From Mytilus trossulus (lineage: Eukaryota), in contig NC_086374.1 in NCBI RefSeq assembly GCF_036588685.1, positions 88,164,001 through 88,228,000 of the forward strand: 64,000 bases of DNA, in the 5' to 3' direction. Of the stretch, positions 12,701 through 27,700 are shown piece after piece. The translations under genes and the position numbers were made by a program. The stretch's first letter is position 1. Every line of letters starts with the position of its first letter. The notes beneath the pieces are model-generated. The model searched no databases. It was not told where the DNA came from and saw only the letters and a program-made list of their open reading frames with translations.

Positions 12701-15700
12701 TTAAATCGTAATTGTATCTGACGAGATATTGAAAAAAATACTGCTGCATCGTTTTCATCACGTAATAATTATATTACAGACAAAAGATATAACAACTTAA
12801 TTTACACTACAAATGATGACTGGTTCTTTGTATGGTGCTTCGAGAATATAGAATAAATCGGCTAAATCTCTTGAGAAATCTGAAGTAATGAATGTCCGTG
12901 TCAACCCCAACATTAGAGTATTCACAGTAGATGTAAACAATATTTACAAGGATGCTATTTTAGCCGCCATTAAATATAGCGAAACAGTCGAGAATATATT
13001 TGATTCTAAAGTCTATTTTGTTTTATCTCTTTGTTTTGAAAATATTGAAAAATTCATAATTGTATAACATTTGTTTGAAATATGCATCGAAGTATATACT
13101 CTATTATAATCCTTTCATTGATTTTAAGTCTAAGAAGATTTATTCTTTTGTACACTAATTTAGGATTATGATGTATTTGACAAATCTCGGTTAGAGTGCG
13201 AAAAGATGTCTCCCGGTACAAATTTCTACTCACCACAACATTATAAATGCTCATACCAACAAATCTAGAATCATTCACTTGTTTCAATTTGACACTCCGG
13301 GTTTCATAGGCTAGAAATATGCCGAATAATAAAAGGATTCCTTTATAACCAAATATAACTCCTAAAATTGAAATATGATAAACATTAAAAACATCTTTTA
13401 ATTTAATTATGTCTTATTATAAATACAATGATTGAGAGCAAACACATCAAAAGTAGGGAGAGGGAGGAACCGACAAATGTCCAAGACTTGAAATATTTTT
13501 TGAAAACAATTTAAAAGAAAATGCTAAATTTTCGCAAGCATATCAGACGTCTCTTAATAACATTTAATTTGCCAATTGTAAAATGCTCATTCTCCGTTAA
13601 GCAGCACAAAATAAAGACGAAGAATACCAAGGGGACATTTAAACATATGGAGGATATGTGTGCCAGGAGTTTTTTTTAAAGAAATTTACTTCACTTTCCA
13701 AAATAAAGATGATGTATTTTCACGAAGTAATTTTGGTAAATTTGTAAACTGTTTCTATTACAGAGACCTTAAAAAAGATGACAGACCAAAGTCAAGTGTT
13801 GGTCATATCTCGACTTACATCTATAAATTGACAAAGAACGTCGATTTAACACAAAAGTTTACAACAAAAGACAGGATTTCAGCTTTCCATTTCTATGTAG
13901 GCTGCATATGCAGTATATAATTCCCAGTTGACATATAGAGAGCTTTCGCAATAAAAATATTAAACCAAAAAATTCAAAGTAATAGAGGTAAAATCATCCT
14001 TTCGACAGTTTGAACGCCGTAAAGGGCTAATTTGTATAAAATATCTGTGTAAAGATGACGATAAGTATGTTCAAGTTGTCGTTTCCACAATCCCACCTCA
14101 TTTCCTCGAATAAGACCTTCCGAATTTTACTGATCATCGGGATTCTAATTACATGAGCAACAAACGGGTGCCATAATTCGATCAGGATCCGGTTACTTTT
14201 TGGAGTTAGCCGATTTTTTACCGAGTTCGTATAACCCAGTCTTTTCTATGTGTTATTTATTTTACTATTAATTGTCTTTTGGTGGTTTTTATCTCTTTAT
14301 TTGACGTTGCATGGTCAGTTTGTTTTCGACTGATAAATTTGAGTATCTCTTTTGAATCTTTCGCCTATCTTTGAGATTGTTTTACAGTGGATAAAAAGTA
14401 AAATGAAAATAAATTAAGAACTCCGGGCAAAACGGAATGTGCAAAATCAAATGGCAATATCAAAGGCTCAAAACACACTTAAGAATATATAACAACTGTC
14501 AAATTGCAAAATTGGTACACTCATTTTCTTTTGTAAGAATTTACGTCCCATAGTTGGTAAAGTTATAGCCCCGTGATAATACGATCACGAATGTGTTCCC
14601 TCCTTATTGCTAATTCCTGCAATTATGCTATTTGTACTGTTGTCAGTATTCCTCCATTAGATTTACGCAGTTCTGTAGAACTATGTACATGTATTATGAT
14701 AAAGACATATTTCGTGACACGAAACAAATAATTAAAGAGTCCATTAATTTAAATTGCAAATAAAACATTACTGTCACGTATAACAAATATTCTGCTTCGT
14801 CTTTTGGTCATTTTGCAAATAATGATTAATGTTTTACTAAGAAAATTCTGTCTCAGGTTAAAACAAATGAACGCAAATGTCTTAGAATTCGAAGATTGAT
14901 GTCGAATTAACACTTTTTTTGGGCGAACATTCAGACAATTTAACAACATGATTTATAATAGCAGAAAGTATGCTCAAAATGGAATTAAATGCATGCATCT
15001 AATGCTATTTGGTGCACTTTCATCTTATCAATCAAAATAATGTATTAAGTTTGATGGATAATCTGCATGACGTCACAGTGCAAATATAAAAGATACATTT
15101 TGTGTTATAAGAAATCAACGTTCGTATTGCCAGATTCTCGCTTGTAACAATTAGTATTTTTTTAACTTCCAGAATGACCATGGGCAAAAAGAGCGATTAA
15201 CTACACGTTTTCTGCACATACTCGACAATAATTAACACAAATTGCTTGGCCTGGTCAGTCCGTATGAATCGAACAATTTGGTAAATGTCATCCAAGCTGT
15301 GTATTGAGATTTTGCCATATATTTCCTTAACATTGACCAAATATTAGTCTTTTACGTTTGTAATTGTAATCTCCGTGATTACCATTTGCAGTCGATCTGA
15401 AATTGACTAGACTCACTCAGCATCAATCCATTTGTCAGATTTATGGTCATATTTGATAGGATTATATTTTATATTAGAGCAGAAACCTGTCTGGTTTTCT
15501 CCGTTTACTAATGGTTTTCTATTGCACAATACACACAACATGGACATTTGTCCCATTTTAATTGCAACCTCATTAATTATCGATAGTGAAATAAATAAAA
15601 ATAAAAGTGAAATTATCTGTCTGCCTGAAGTTGAAAATGAACATGAAATGCTTTGTCGCAATCTTTCCGAAATGCCGTTGTATGTTAGTTTTTGGGTTAT

Positions 15701-18700
15701 TAATTTTCAATGTTACACCCAAACATTGCATCTGATGTCGTCACGACTTGACTATGACTGATGAAAATGAGCCAAAAGAAGTGATAATTCGATCAACCAA
15801 ATTATAATTCGAGTTTGAAACTAATGACGATTGAATGTTAACTTCAAGTTTGATTTTTTCCATTTGACATCTCGTTGTTTTAATTCACAGCGACGAAGTT
15901 GTCACAGTCTCAATGCATTAATTTAAGATAGTCTTTGAAATCTTCTGAGTGCTTTTTGTTTACAAATTATTCATCAATATCAATGGCTGTGACTCATGAA
16001 TATTTACACGCAGAATGTATATTCCTTTTAATTACTTTAATTTAGAATATACTGACTATCAAGAATCTAAATTGTGCAAAACGTAATGTATTAAATGTAT
16101 ATAAAGAGAGGCGAAGAATACCAAAGGGTCATTCAAACTAATAAGTAAAAAATAAACATGGCTTAAGATAATAAAGACAAACAGACAAACAACAATAACT
16201 AAAACACAACAAAAAAAACCAAACACGAATCCCACCAAAACTAGGTTTTATCTCAGGTGCTTTAGAAGGGTAGGCCAACCCTACTCTACATGTGCTGATT
16301 TTAAATATTGCAAGCAATTGCAAAAGATAAAAGATTACAAGGTTAAATGTTATAGCACATCTAGAAACCATTAAATCACGAAAACACATATACGAAAAAA
16401 AAGGAAACAGACATGAAATCACTATGATTTAACTGTATCAAGTGTGTTATAGATTAAGAATCAACTTGCTGTTTTGTTTTATTATCATATTGCTACATTT
16501 ATACTCATTGCTTGTAGAATGGAAGTTTTGAAGATAAGATATTCGCAATATCAATCATAATTATTTCATAATGATGTATTTCACTTAAACCGACACATTT
16601 TACTACTTTATCACCTGGTCGAATTAATGCAAAGAATGTCATTTTTTTTTTATCAAAATTCAATGTCATGCTTATGTTCTCGCAAATTAAAATTTTAGTC
16701 ATAAAACCATCGGAAGGAAACGTTTCACTGTAGTTAATGATGAGAGAAAAGGTTTGGCAAATAAGTTTGTCACAATGATGCTCCTTATATTGATTGATTG
16801 ACCCATTGGAATTAATTCATGCAAATTCGAACGAGACCAAATTATCAATTTATTCCATAGGGATGTTCGGAAAGTCGACCCAGGAGGGGAAAAATGACTG
16901 CCACTGAAAAATAAAGGTATGTTAGGTGGTATACATAAATTGTGCCTGGCAACAGGGCTACATACTGATCAATCAAAGAATTGTAGGAGAGGTCCTTAGC
17001 ATGTAGAGAGCGTGCCACTTACTCATTAAGAGCTATCGGATTAATCGTCTGCTATCCGCTAGAAATTCATCTTCAAATTCATAGAGCACATACGACTAAT
17101 CATAAAAAGGAAAGGTGTCACTCGGAGAAGTGAAGACATGAACGTGTTTTATAGGCAGTCAATCATTTTGATTTGCATTCTTATTAGGACAACGCCAATA
17201 TATATATATATATAGGGTTGTATCATAAAATATAATGAAAGTGCCGTGAATCTTTTACTCACAATTGTTAAAAAAAACAACGGAAGTAATGTCCAAGGTT
17301 TCAACACAAATGGCAAATAACGGCAACAGTAGTATATCTCTATTTGAAAGTAAAAAAATCGATTAAAATAAAAACAAATCTAGATAAGAAACAAAAAAAA
17401 TACAATGCTAGCATTTACTGTCAGGAATATGACAGTTGTTGTCCATTCGTTTGATGTGTTTTATCATTTGATTTTGTCATTTGATAAGGGACTCTCCGTT
17501 TAGAATTTTCCTCTGAGTTCAGTATTTTTGTGATTTTACTTTTTACACTACATTTTTATTTATAGACTGGTCACTTACCTAACCAAACTGACATGTTTTT
17601 TGAAGTACAGTGCTCTAGCTGGGGTTGGTACACTATATCTTCGTCCGTATTTGTCTGTGTTTCCATGTCAAATGTCTCTACAGTTCTGTACAACGGATCC
17701 TTGATTTGCCACGTTGTCAAACAGGCAACATCTAATACTAGAATGACTATCAACACTGTATACAGCTCACAACTATTTACCTTCTGCAAAATAACACATA
17801 CATACTTATTTGATCGAATATCAATTATTTCAACAACAAAAAATATACTGAATACGTGTATTTTTACGGGGTCATACCATATCAATTAAATGTCGTTTTC
17901 AGTTATTAAACTCAAAATGTTCCAAAAAAGCTACACAGGAAGAAGAACCCATTAAAGATAAAATGTATATAATTGTGCACGCCAGGGGCGCAATTCTTCT
18001 AGAAAAAAATATACCAAATGAAAGCAATACTTTAAAAAAACATCATGTGTTCGAAGCGCTTTTCTTGATTTCGCAAAAAGCTGAATGTTAATGTGTTCTG
18101 AAAGAATGCATACGTAAACGAGATTGTGACCTGTTCCCAGTTGTTACATTTTTAGTCTGAATTCGAATATTGGATAACACATGAATAGCAAAAGACTACG
18201 CACACGGTCTTACTCCTTTAAGAGTTTATGTGATTCCCACAGTTTTTGTTGGTTACCTTAATTTGGTTTTGTTGCAATTTGTGGGATTTGAACATCGGTA
18301 ATTTTTGCCTTTTGTAAGATGATTATGTGATCATCTACGACTTTGCTTTAAATAAACGTAAAGATTTATTTATGAATTATATGGTATATTAGGTATAAGA
18401 AATTCAATTGAATGAATTTTTGTTTTTGTAATTATCATTTAAGAAATAATTCATTGTGGCTTGAATATATCGTGATTTTACCACGGGTTGGCCCTTATCC
18501 CAAATATGTTACCATGAGCGATAGCGAGGGTACAATATCGGCATAAAGAGACAACCCGTGGTAAAATTACGAAATTCTAGCCCCCATGAATTATTCTGAT
18601 TCTAATAGGACAAATAAGGCAATTCTTTTGGATCGAAGCGCTCTAGGTGGAGGCAAATATTTGCCGTTCCAATAAATAAACGCATTATTAAATTGGCGTA

Positions 18701-21700
18701 AAAGAACGTAGCAAATCGAATTAGTGATATGCTTAAACTATTTACAATAAAGTATTCAGATAGTTTTGGATGAATTCAAATGATTATTTACTTATATGTC
18801 TTATATGTATAAAAAAAATTGGCTTATACCACATTTTAGCATCGTTTGTTCACGTTTCCTTGTTTTCGGTTTCACCAGCGTGTATTGTCCCGTAAAATGC
18901 TTATATTCTTACGTCATCGTTCTGTACCGCCGGGTTCCTCATTCATAAAAAGCATATAACATGAGAGTACCATCGGAACAGCCAAGGCAATATATTCATA
19001 TTTTACCACGGGTGTGTGCTGAAAGCGTTGGAAGGACGTCATGTCAGAATCACACTTATATTTTCAATTTTCTAATTACTGGTGTAGGTTGGGGTTTTAC
19101 ATTTTTACTCAAATATCATCATCCCATGACATGGTATATTGTTAAAATACTTAACATAGATACTTCGTCGCATGATTATTTCATATGTTAAAGTCAAGTA
19201 CAACGTAAATAAGCTAGTATAGCTGTTTGAAATTCTAGTCTCCTTTCAACGGATTGACCACCGTTTGTTGTCTCCCGTGGGGACCTTTTAACATTTTGCA
19301 TTGATAAAAACATAACCATACATACTATTATTTTTTTATTTTTTTTATTTTTAATATTTTTGAAATGTTATTTGTAGCCACCCTTTACACAATCATCTGC
19401 TTAAACCTCAGATTTTAATATTTAAGTTACATTAGCATACTGATTCCCTGATATCTTGCTTTCAGACAACACCAAACAGATACAAACAAAGTGATACTAA
19501 ATATAAATTGAAAATTAACTCAATTTTCATAAAAATTATTCAGCATCAATAAAACTTACCTTTTTTTCTTTTTTCCTTGCAGTTGTCAACCTGTGAACTG
19601 TCCAAATTTTTGAAAACATTCCCCCATATCCCAATGTAAAACCAAGTGACAATAACCAACATCGGATCTGCAAATGGAAACAACATAAAACACACAAATC
19701 ATATAGCTGATATTTTTTATTTAATCTTTCAACAATGCATCAATGTGTATGGAAAAGCGTGCTTTGCAATGATGATGTTTAAATGAGGAAACTGAATTAC
19801 AAAATATAATGCGAAAATAGGGTTGTATCCTCCCCCCGAAAGATAGCAAGGCATTTGATCATTTTGTTGTTGTATGAATACTATGTGTTCATAAGTTTGT
19901 AAATCAATCATTGACGACGGACCTTTAATTCTTCACTGTTACTCTGGTTCCAATCAGTAACGGAAGTTAAAACAATATCATCAATTGACAATATAATTCA
20001 ATGGAGTGGATTAATTTTTATAGAATTAAAAAATGTGGCTGTTTTCTATAAAACAAAATATAGCTGATAGGAAGTTACCTGGCAGATAAGAGGAAAGGTA
20101 TCTGGTTCAACAAATTGTCCATCCAATCCCAATAAAAATATTGAAACCAAACATACCATACAACCGAATATGGTTATGTTATTCATATTAGGTTGGGAGT
20201 ACGCTATGCACCTACAAAATAAGTATATGTTTGTCATCGATATATGCATGGAATTAAATAATAGGTTACACATAATTTGTTAGTTCCCTATCAAGTTCTA
20301 TGAGAACTGACAGTAACAGTCAAGTGTTGTCAATTGTTACTAAGAAGCTAATACCACTATTGCATTTCAAACTTTAACGAAAACCTTGCTACTACAGGTT
20401 TTTCAAACAAGTTTCCGTTGTTATAATTACTAGTGTTAATTAAAATGTATCTTGGAAATTGAAAACCAAATATTAGCAAGAGACATCTGCTACCCTAGTG
20501 AGTCTTTGACATTTACTATTAATAAAACATTTGCAGATTGAAATGTTACCTTCACAATAAAATTGAATATGTTTTACTTTAATTAAATGCATATTTGTAT
20601 TTCCATTTTTCATTCTCGTTTCCGAACACTTGAGCTGAATGTTAATAAAGGCATTGTTTACTATAAAAGTGCTGTTTGGTGTACAGAGGTCAAAAGAAAT
20701 CACATATACCCAAAAAAATTATCTCTATTTTTGTTGTGTAAAAACAAATACCTTCTTCAACAGTAACGAATATATTAGTTTTGATATCAAATTGATCGCT
20801 TTTTGAATAATTTTACCAATAATTCTGACAGCAATATCAAAATATTTATGCTTGGTTAATCAAATGTCATCTTATATTTCACAATTACGGCTTCATCTAG
20901 GGATGGATGAACAGAGCTTCACATGGGAATATTTTCATTACTGGTGTAGTTTATATGTATCGATCATGCAGCATTTTGACAGTGGTCAAGGCTTCCATCA
21001 CTTGCCCGATATAAAATTATAATTGTAATATTTATTTAAGAAAAAGACCACTAAACATAGCGTCTTGCATTGAACAATAACTGAAAAGGAAGTATTTACC
21101 GTTTCACAAATGATATCGGATATGTTCCTTACGTCGTAACTACAATCCCCTTCCCTTTCATGAATTTGACATACCGAATTAGACTATTTACCGGATTTGT
21201 AATCATATAAGCAACACGACGGGTGCTGCATGTGGAGCAGGATCTGCTTACCCTTCCGGAGCACCTGAGATCACCCCTAGTTTTTGGTGGGGTTCGTGTT
21301 GTTTATTCTTTAGTTTTCTATGTTGTGTCATGTGACTATTGTTTTTCTGTTTGTCTTTTTCATTTTTAGCCATGGCGTTGTCAGTTTGTTTTAGATTTAC
21401 GAGTTTGACTGTCCCTTTGGTGTCTTTCGTCCCTCTTTTATCGTCCTTTATGAACAAACACAATCAGATACATATAAGAGTACATATTGGCAACATTTGT
21501 ATTGCGTACATTCTAGACAATGAAAAAGACCAGATGAAAAATAATGCTTTCGTGAAGGACAAAGCTCAACGCCTTTACAAATTATTCCAAGGTTTTCAAG
21601 TAAAGTGCATTTGTTTATTCTGTACACACATTTGTTTGTTGGCATTGTAGTTAGGTTCGACTGTATGTTTGTTCGAAATATTTAAGTCGACAATTGTGTT

Positions 21701-24700
21701 GTATGTCTATGATGTATGTGAAGCAATTGTTGTCACGTTTATAACTAAGTATGTTATGATTGCTCACTCACATACAAATTAGGAAATGTAACGCATCAAT
21801 AAAATTCTGTCATACAAGTTGGATGATAGCTAGCTATAACACCAGGTTTGAATCACTATTTTCTTTGAAAAAGCATGTTACAAATCAGGAACATAACAGT
21901 TTTTGCCAGCAGTACAGTTGGTTGATCTAGTCTTTGTGGACATTTTCCTTATTTAATTAAGCTTACAGTTCGTTTTTGTTGTTAAACAATTTTTTCATTT
22001 TCTATTGTTGACTTTTTTTTTTTTTTTTTTTTTTTTTAGTTTTTTATGTGTTCCCTGATTGCCGTATACCCAATATGTCTTTTGTTTATTAATGATCTTA
22101 TCACAATAAAGCGGTCATTGACAGGACAAATAAAGTTATCTCTGAGAATTATGTCCTGGATCTTTGTTTTACTCTAGAATGTAAACAAGACTGCAGTTGA
22201 AAGTTAAAAATGGTGCACAATATCAGTAGTATGACTCATGTTCAAAGACCTTGCAATGTAAAAACATTTTGAAACAGATGAATAAAAAAGAAGTCACAGA
22301 ACCTTCAGCCCTTTATTATATTATGTACAAGTTCGAAAAGAAGAAAGAGAGTTGAATTCATACCGTACCTTCTATGTTTGTTGACAATATTAAAACACAG
22401 ACATACAATTCCAAAGATTATCCCCAAGGCAGCTAAGGCACAAACAGACACAAATAAACTGTATGTTACCACTCTGAGAAATGGTTCAATTTCTGTACGA
22501 TCCGGTGGTGGTTTTTCACCTAAAAATGAAAATGGAGCAAAATCTGTATTAGTAGAAACATGAATCATAGGGTTCAAATGTGGATAATTATAAAATAACG
22601 AACCTGGATAAATTAATTGAAATCGTAACGAAGGAGAAATATATAGTTGCAAAAATCCAGATCAACTGTAGTGATACAAATATTTTGATAGGTAAAAAGT
22701 AAAATCACAAAAATACTGAACTCCAAGGAAAATTCAAAAAGGAAAGTCCCCAATCAAATGGCAAAATTTGTACTTGTACATAATATTCATTGTCTTTTTT
22801 TTGGAATGTAATTTCATCACAATTACACCTCTGTTTGTCAGCTTTCACATATTTTGTTGTTTTATCACAGTAGTTTGGTGTAAGTTTTATCTTGTTGATG
22901 TTTGTGTCCGAGATACTTTCGATATTTATTTCTATATAAAAAGACCCTTAAAAACAGTTTAATAAATCTGACATTAATTGATATTTCGCAAACAGTTCCA
23001 ATATACAGTGATAGTATATACATACCTTTCCATTTCTCAGCATCAAACCATGTCAAATTATCTGTGTTATAATCATAATAACCTAATTTGCGATATGTTC
23101 CATCTGAAACAGAACATGGACTTGTTTACCTTAATATTTTGTAATTATGCAGTGATTAAAGGTCATTCATATTGAACACTTGCAATTTTGCTAGACGGTA
23201 AAAAATAATTGAATATAAACATAACTTACATTATTTCGTGTGTATTGAAAAAAAAACCTTATGTTCTACGAAGAAAAGACATTTAAAAACATTTTCATGA
23301 ATCTGGAAAGCAATTCTGATGAGCCTTAATGAATTTTGAAAGATACATGATTTATAATTTGTTACCCCGTACGCATGTTTCGTCTACATGATACTCTTCA
23401 TTAAAAGTAATACTAGTTATTAAACAGAATCAAACCTAAAACTTTAATGTAATTTTCATTGCAATAAACGGACAAATTCATTCTATATAAGCACTATTGT
23501 CTAGAGAAGATGCTTTCTGCGATCATATTTTATATACACTTGATATGTTAAAGGAATTTAACCGTTTTTAAATATCTTACTTATCATCTGTTCAATCTGT
23601 GTCCATGCAATTCTGTCACCTTCCGAGGAGAAAGCAACATTTCCCTGATAATATAGAATTAACAACACATCTAATAACTATATTGGAATGATGGTCTGCA
23701 TCTTACGTCTAGACACAGTGAAAGAAATATTACGTTAGCCAAAATCTCAATGAAAACAATTTGTTTCGGTGAACCAAATTAAGAAAAGGGCATCCAAAAC
23801 ATTAACCATTGTGCTACTGAAGACTATCAAAATGTAATTGAAAATTAATGACTCTGTCTGATGACTGCTAACATTGATTTATTGTTGTTATATTATGTTT
23901 GCTTGTATGTTTCCGATACAGCACCATAAATCATAGAGTAACTACCACAAAGAATTTGTATAAGACTAAATAGAGTTTTAAGAACTTGGTTGATGCAGTT
24001 CATTTTGCCAAAAAATTGAGTTTTTAATTGTTGTAGTTGGAAATTTGGCAAACTCATTTCATTTAAAAACTTTTAATTAGAAAAGTCCACCAAAATGTCT
24101 AGCATAGCAATCAATAGACCACTTTCGAGTTCATCCGTCACCGGCAAAAACTCGTCAATTATACACGCCTTTATGACGTCATTTACCAGATAGAGGGGCT
24201 CGCCTGTATCCCTGCACTATTTACGTTCATCAAGCGTCTTAGTGATCGTCTTTGTGCAGGATAAACTAGAAATAATGGTTGCTCTGTAGGTACTTACTGA
24301 CATTTCCCTAATGACAGCAGTGTTGATTGTCAATTTTGAGAATTCAATTTGCCGAATAATTCGTACAATATAGAATTATAGTTTTCCAACCACTCGCTCA
24401 ACATTGGAAGGAAGTGACGACGCCCCTAAACGCACAAATGACGATGATAAATGCGCGTATAATTGACGAGTTTTTTCCGATGACGGATGAACTCGAAAGT
24501 TGTCTATTGCCGCCTCATTGTATACTGTTTGGTTATTCCAAAGAAATAATTAAAAAAAAATGACAGCCCCAAATTAAAGTAGGCAACGACTACTCATTTT
24601 AACTGTTTGAAAATGATACTTTTATGTATGCAATTTATTACACAGTTTTGTTCATTTTAAAATCCCATTTGATGATACAAATTAATTATTGAGAATGAAA

Positions 24701-27700
24701 GCCAATATATTACAAACCGAAACTCCAAGAAATCTTGTATTATTCATTGCTGAGTAAATTTCTCTTGTTACATCATTACTGTAATAGTCGAAATGTTCCA
24801 ACGATTTCTTCTGTTCCGCCAACCTGAAAATACAATTCTGCCATTATTCTCACTTTTGAATTTCGATTAAAATGTTCATTCACCAATTGATGACCACACA
24901 GTGATTATAATCATTAAAAACATACGAATAAAAGGAGATGTTGTTCGTCTCTAGTTATGTCTTCTGGTTATTTTGTCATTTAGTTGGCTAAGATTTGAGA
25001 GAAACTCATGGGTTTTGAAATTATCACTATTACAATTTGATTTTGAATTTGAGTTATTCGACATCACCGTGCCGTGAGATAGTCATATATAAAAAAAGAG
25101 ACCTCGACATGTGTGTCCAACTAGCTCAATAAAACTGGTTAAACAGAAACACTGTTTCAATATATATTTTAATGGCTAGCCATTAAACCAGATTCAACCC
25201 ACCATTTTTGTCTTAAAATGTCCTATCCCAAGTCAAGAATATGAAAGTTGTTATGAAATAGTTCTTTCTATGTATGTAAGCGTGTGTTTTTTGTTTTTTT
25301 GCACTTCAGTTTTACTGTTGTTCATTTTTTTTCATCTTATGGTTGATGTGTTTCCTCGGTTTTAGTTTTTAACCCGGATTCGTTTTCTCTGTATCGACTT
25401 ATGACCTTTAAACACCTGCATACTACAGTTGCCTTTTTATGTATTTGGTAAATTTTGGGTCCTCGTTGCTTTTCATTTCCTTATGTGGAAAATGATGGAA
25501 AAACCAACTGGTTTTATAACTAGCTAAACCTTTTCCATGGCTTTAAAAAGTAAAATAAGAAAAAATAGAAAAAGTAAAATAACAGAACCACCAAACTCAA
25601 GGAAAACTCAAAACGGAAAGTCCAGCAATGAATGGCAAAATCAAAAGCTCAAACAGATTGTTGTCAATTTAATGGAATTGTATGCGACAGTCTTACACGT
25701 GAGAGGTTTAGCTTGCTATCAAACCAGGTTTAATCCACCATTTTCTACATGAGAAAATGCCTGTATCAAGTCAGGAATATGACAGTTGTTGTTCATTCGT
25801 TTGATATGTTTGAGCTTTTGGGTTTCGATTGATTAGGGACTTTCCATTTTGAATTTTCCTCGGAGTTCAGTATTTTTGTGATTTTATCTTTTACACACCA
25901 AAAGAAAAGAAAACAGCTGTTATAAAACTTACTTGGTATAGGCATTTCCTTATGTAGAAAATAGTTGATTAAATCCCCGACTTATGTTGATATAAGAAGA
26001 TGTGATATGAGTGCCAATGTGACAACTCTCCATCCAAGTCACAAATTATACAAGTAAACCATTATTGGGCAAAATACGGTATTCAATACGGAGCCATGGA
26101 TTTATGAGTTTTGAATAGCGGTATACTACTGTTGCTTTTATTTATATGACATTCGCTAAACATTCAATTACATTGACAACAATGTGTGAATAAAACATAC
26201 AGCAGTCAACATTGTGTTATAATCTTAATGACTTTGGCGAATTGAGTTCTGGCTAAACAGTAGATATTCGAATCACTACAACCGTTGTTTTTCGTCAAAT
26301 GATTCATTTTTTACTTTGACTTGCACAAAGTGGAACTCATCCCCATCAACCCCACCCCAAACAATGACTGACATAATTATATTTATGATTCCCTCTATTT
26401 TAAGACAAATGGGATAAATATAATCAACAGTCAACAAAAAGTGTAAGAGGAAGTCATCATTACAGCGTTAAATTACATTATGTTGAGGAATGATGCCATC
26501 GTCTATTCAATAATTTTAAATGATTGAAATAAACTATCTTAATGGCATTTTTCTATAATTAATTTTTTTTCTTAAGATCACTCAATCAATAAAGATCCAT
26601 GCATACATTTCTTAGGAATTCCTCTGGCACTTTTCATGACTATGGACATTTGAAAAAAACTTTAAGTTGTCAGAACATTATTCTGTATAAGTAATAAATT
26701 ATAAATGTATTCACTAAAATCAAATGTATACTTCGAAAACAATTTTAAATGCTTCAAATTTATCTGAAACTTAATTGGAAAGACAATCACAACAGAAATT
26801 AAACTTAAAACAATTCTTAATTCCGATTAATCGTTTTCAAATTGACATTTATTCCTATTGGTGGCGGTGGACATTCGTTGCAAAACAGCTTACTGTTGGT
26901 GTGAGTCAAGGCTCCGTGTTAAATACCGTATTTTGCCCAATAATGGTTTACTTGTATAATTTGTGACTTGGATGGAGAGTTGTCACATTGTCACTCATAT
27001 CACATCTTCTTATATCAATAAGTTTACAATTTCGGATAAATTGTGTTTTGACAAGCCATGCTTAATGCTAATTAATTTATAAATACGTGTATATGTTAAA
27101 TAGCAGAAGAATATTTAAAGTATGTTACATAGAATCTGTGATATTAAATTGCTGTCTGTTTTAAACCCATGAGTGAACTCAAATGAGGGCATTGTACATA
27201 TGTTTTACTAACCAACATATTCTTCATGGTAAAGAAGTATATTTAGCAAAGTCGATATCAGTCTGGTTTGTTTCGGATCCATTAAAGTATTTTCATTTTT
27301 TGAACAGTGTATGACCAGTTTAAAGGATATACAGCAATACTGTTTCTATGAAGAGACAGCAAGTAATTGATCAATTGAGAAACATCCGAACGCTTCTGAG
27401 TAATCTTCATCTTATTTTTGTTACTGTTATTGCGCTCTGTACATGTCATAACTTCATCACAACAAAGAGCGTATCAATGCTGTTCATTGAGGTTGACACA
27501 TGTCTTTCAAAATATCAATTAAATTCTAATAACCTTTAAAATTGAGCTTCACATTTCATGATCTAACAGAGAAGTTATACAATTAGCTTGAGATTGATTT
27601 TTAACACTATGAACGCTGCCTTTAATTCGATTTCATAGAATAAATAAGTGACAGTGTAAACTTAGAAAACTCTTAAAGTGCTTTGATTTACTTATGTAAC

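Noticed and set aside
15160-15900. Overlapping 82-aa and 109-aa ORFs, faintly coding-like
   Set aside because: No recognisable motif, splice context or continuous frame; cannot support a gene.
21155-21210. Possible SECIS in the second PLE family (ATGAat...)
   Set aside because: No convincing helix II or correctly spaced GA partner.
21248-21650. Short hydrophobic or Lys-rich ORFs recurring across the window
   Set aside because: Spurious translations of the repeated PLE 3' UTR.
23313-23345. CTGATGAG...GAAAG hammerhead-like words
   Set aside because: No stem II or stem III pairing.
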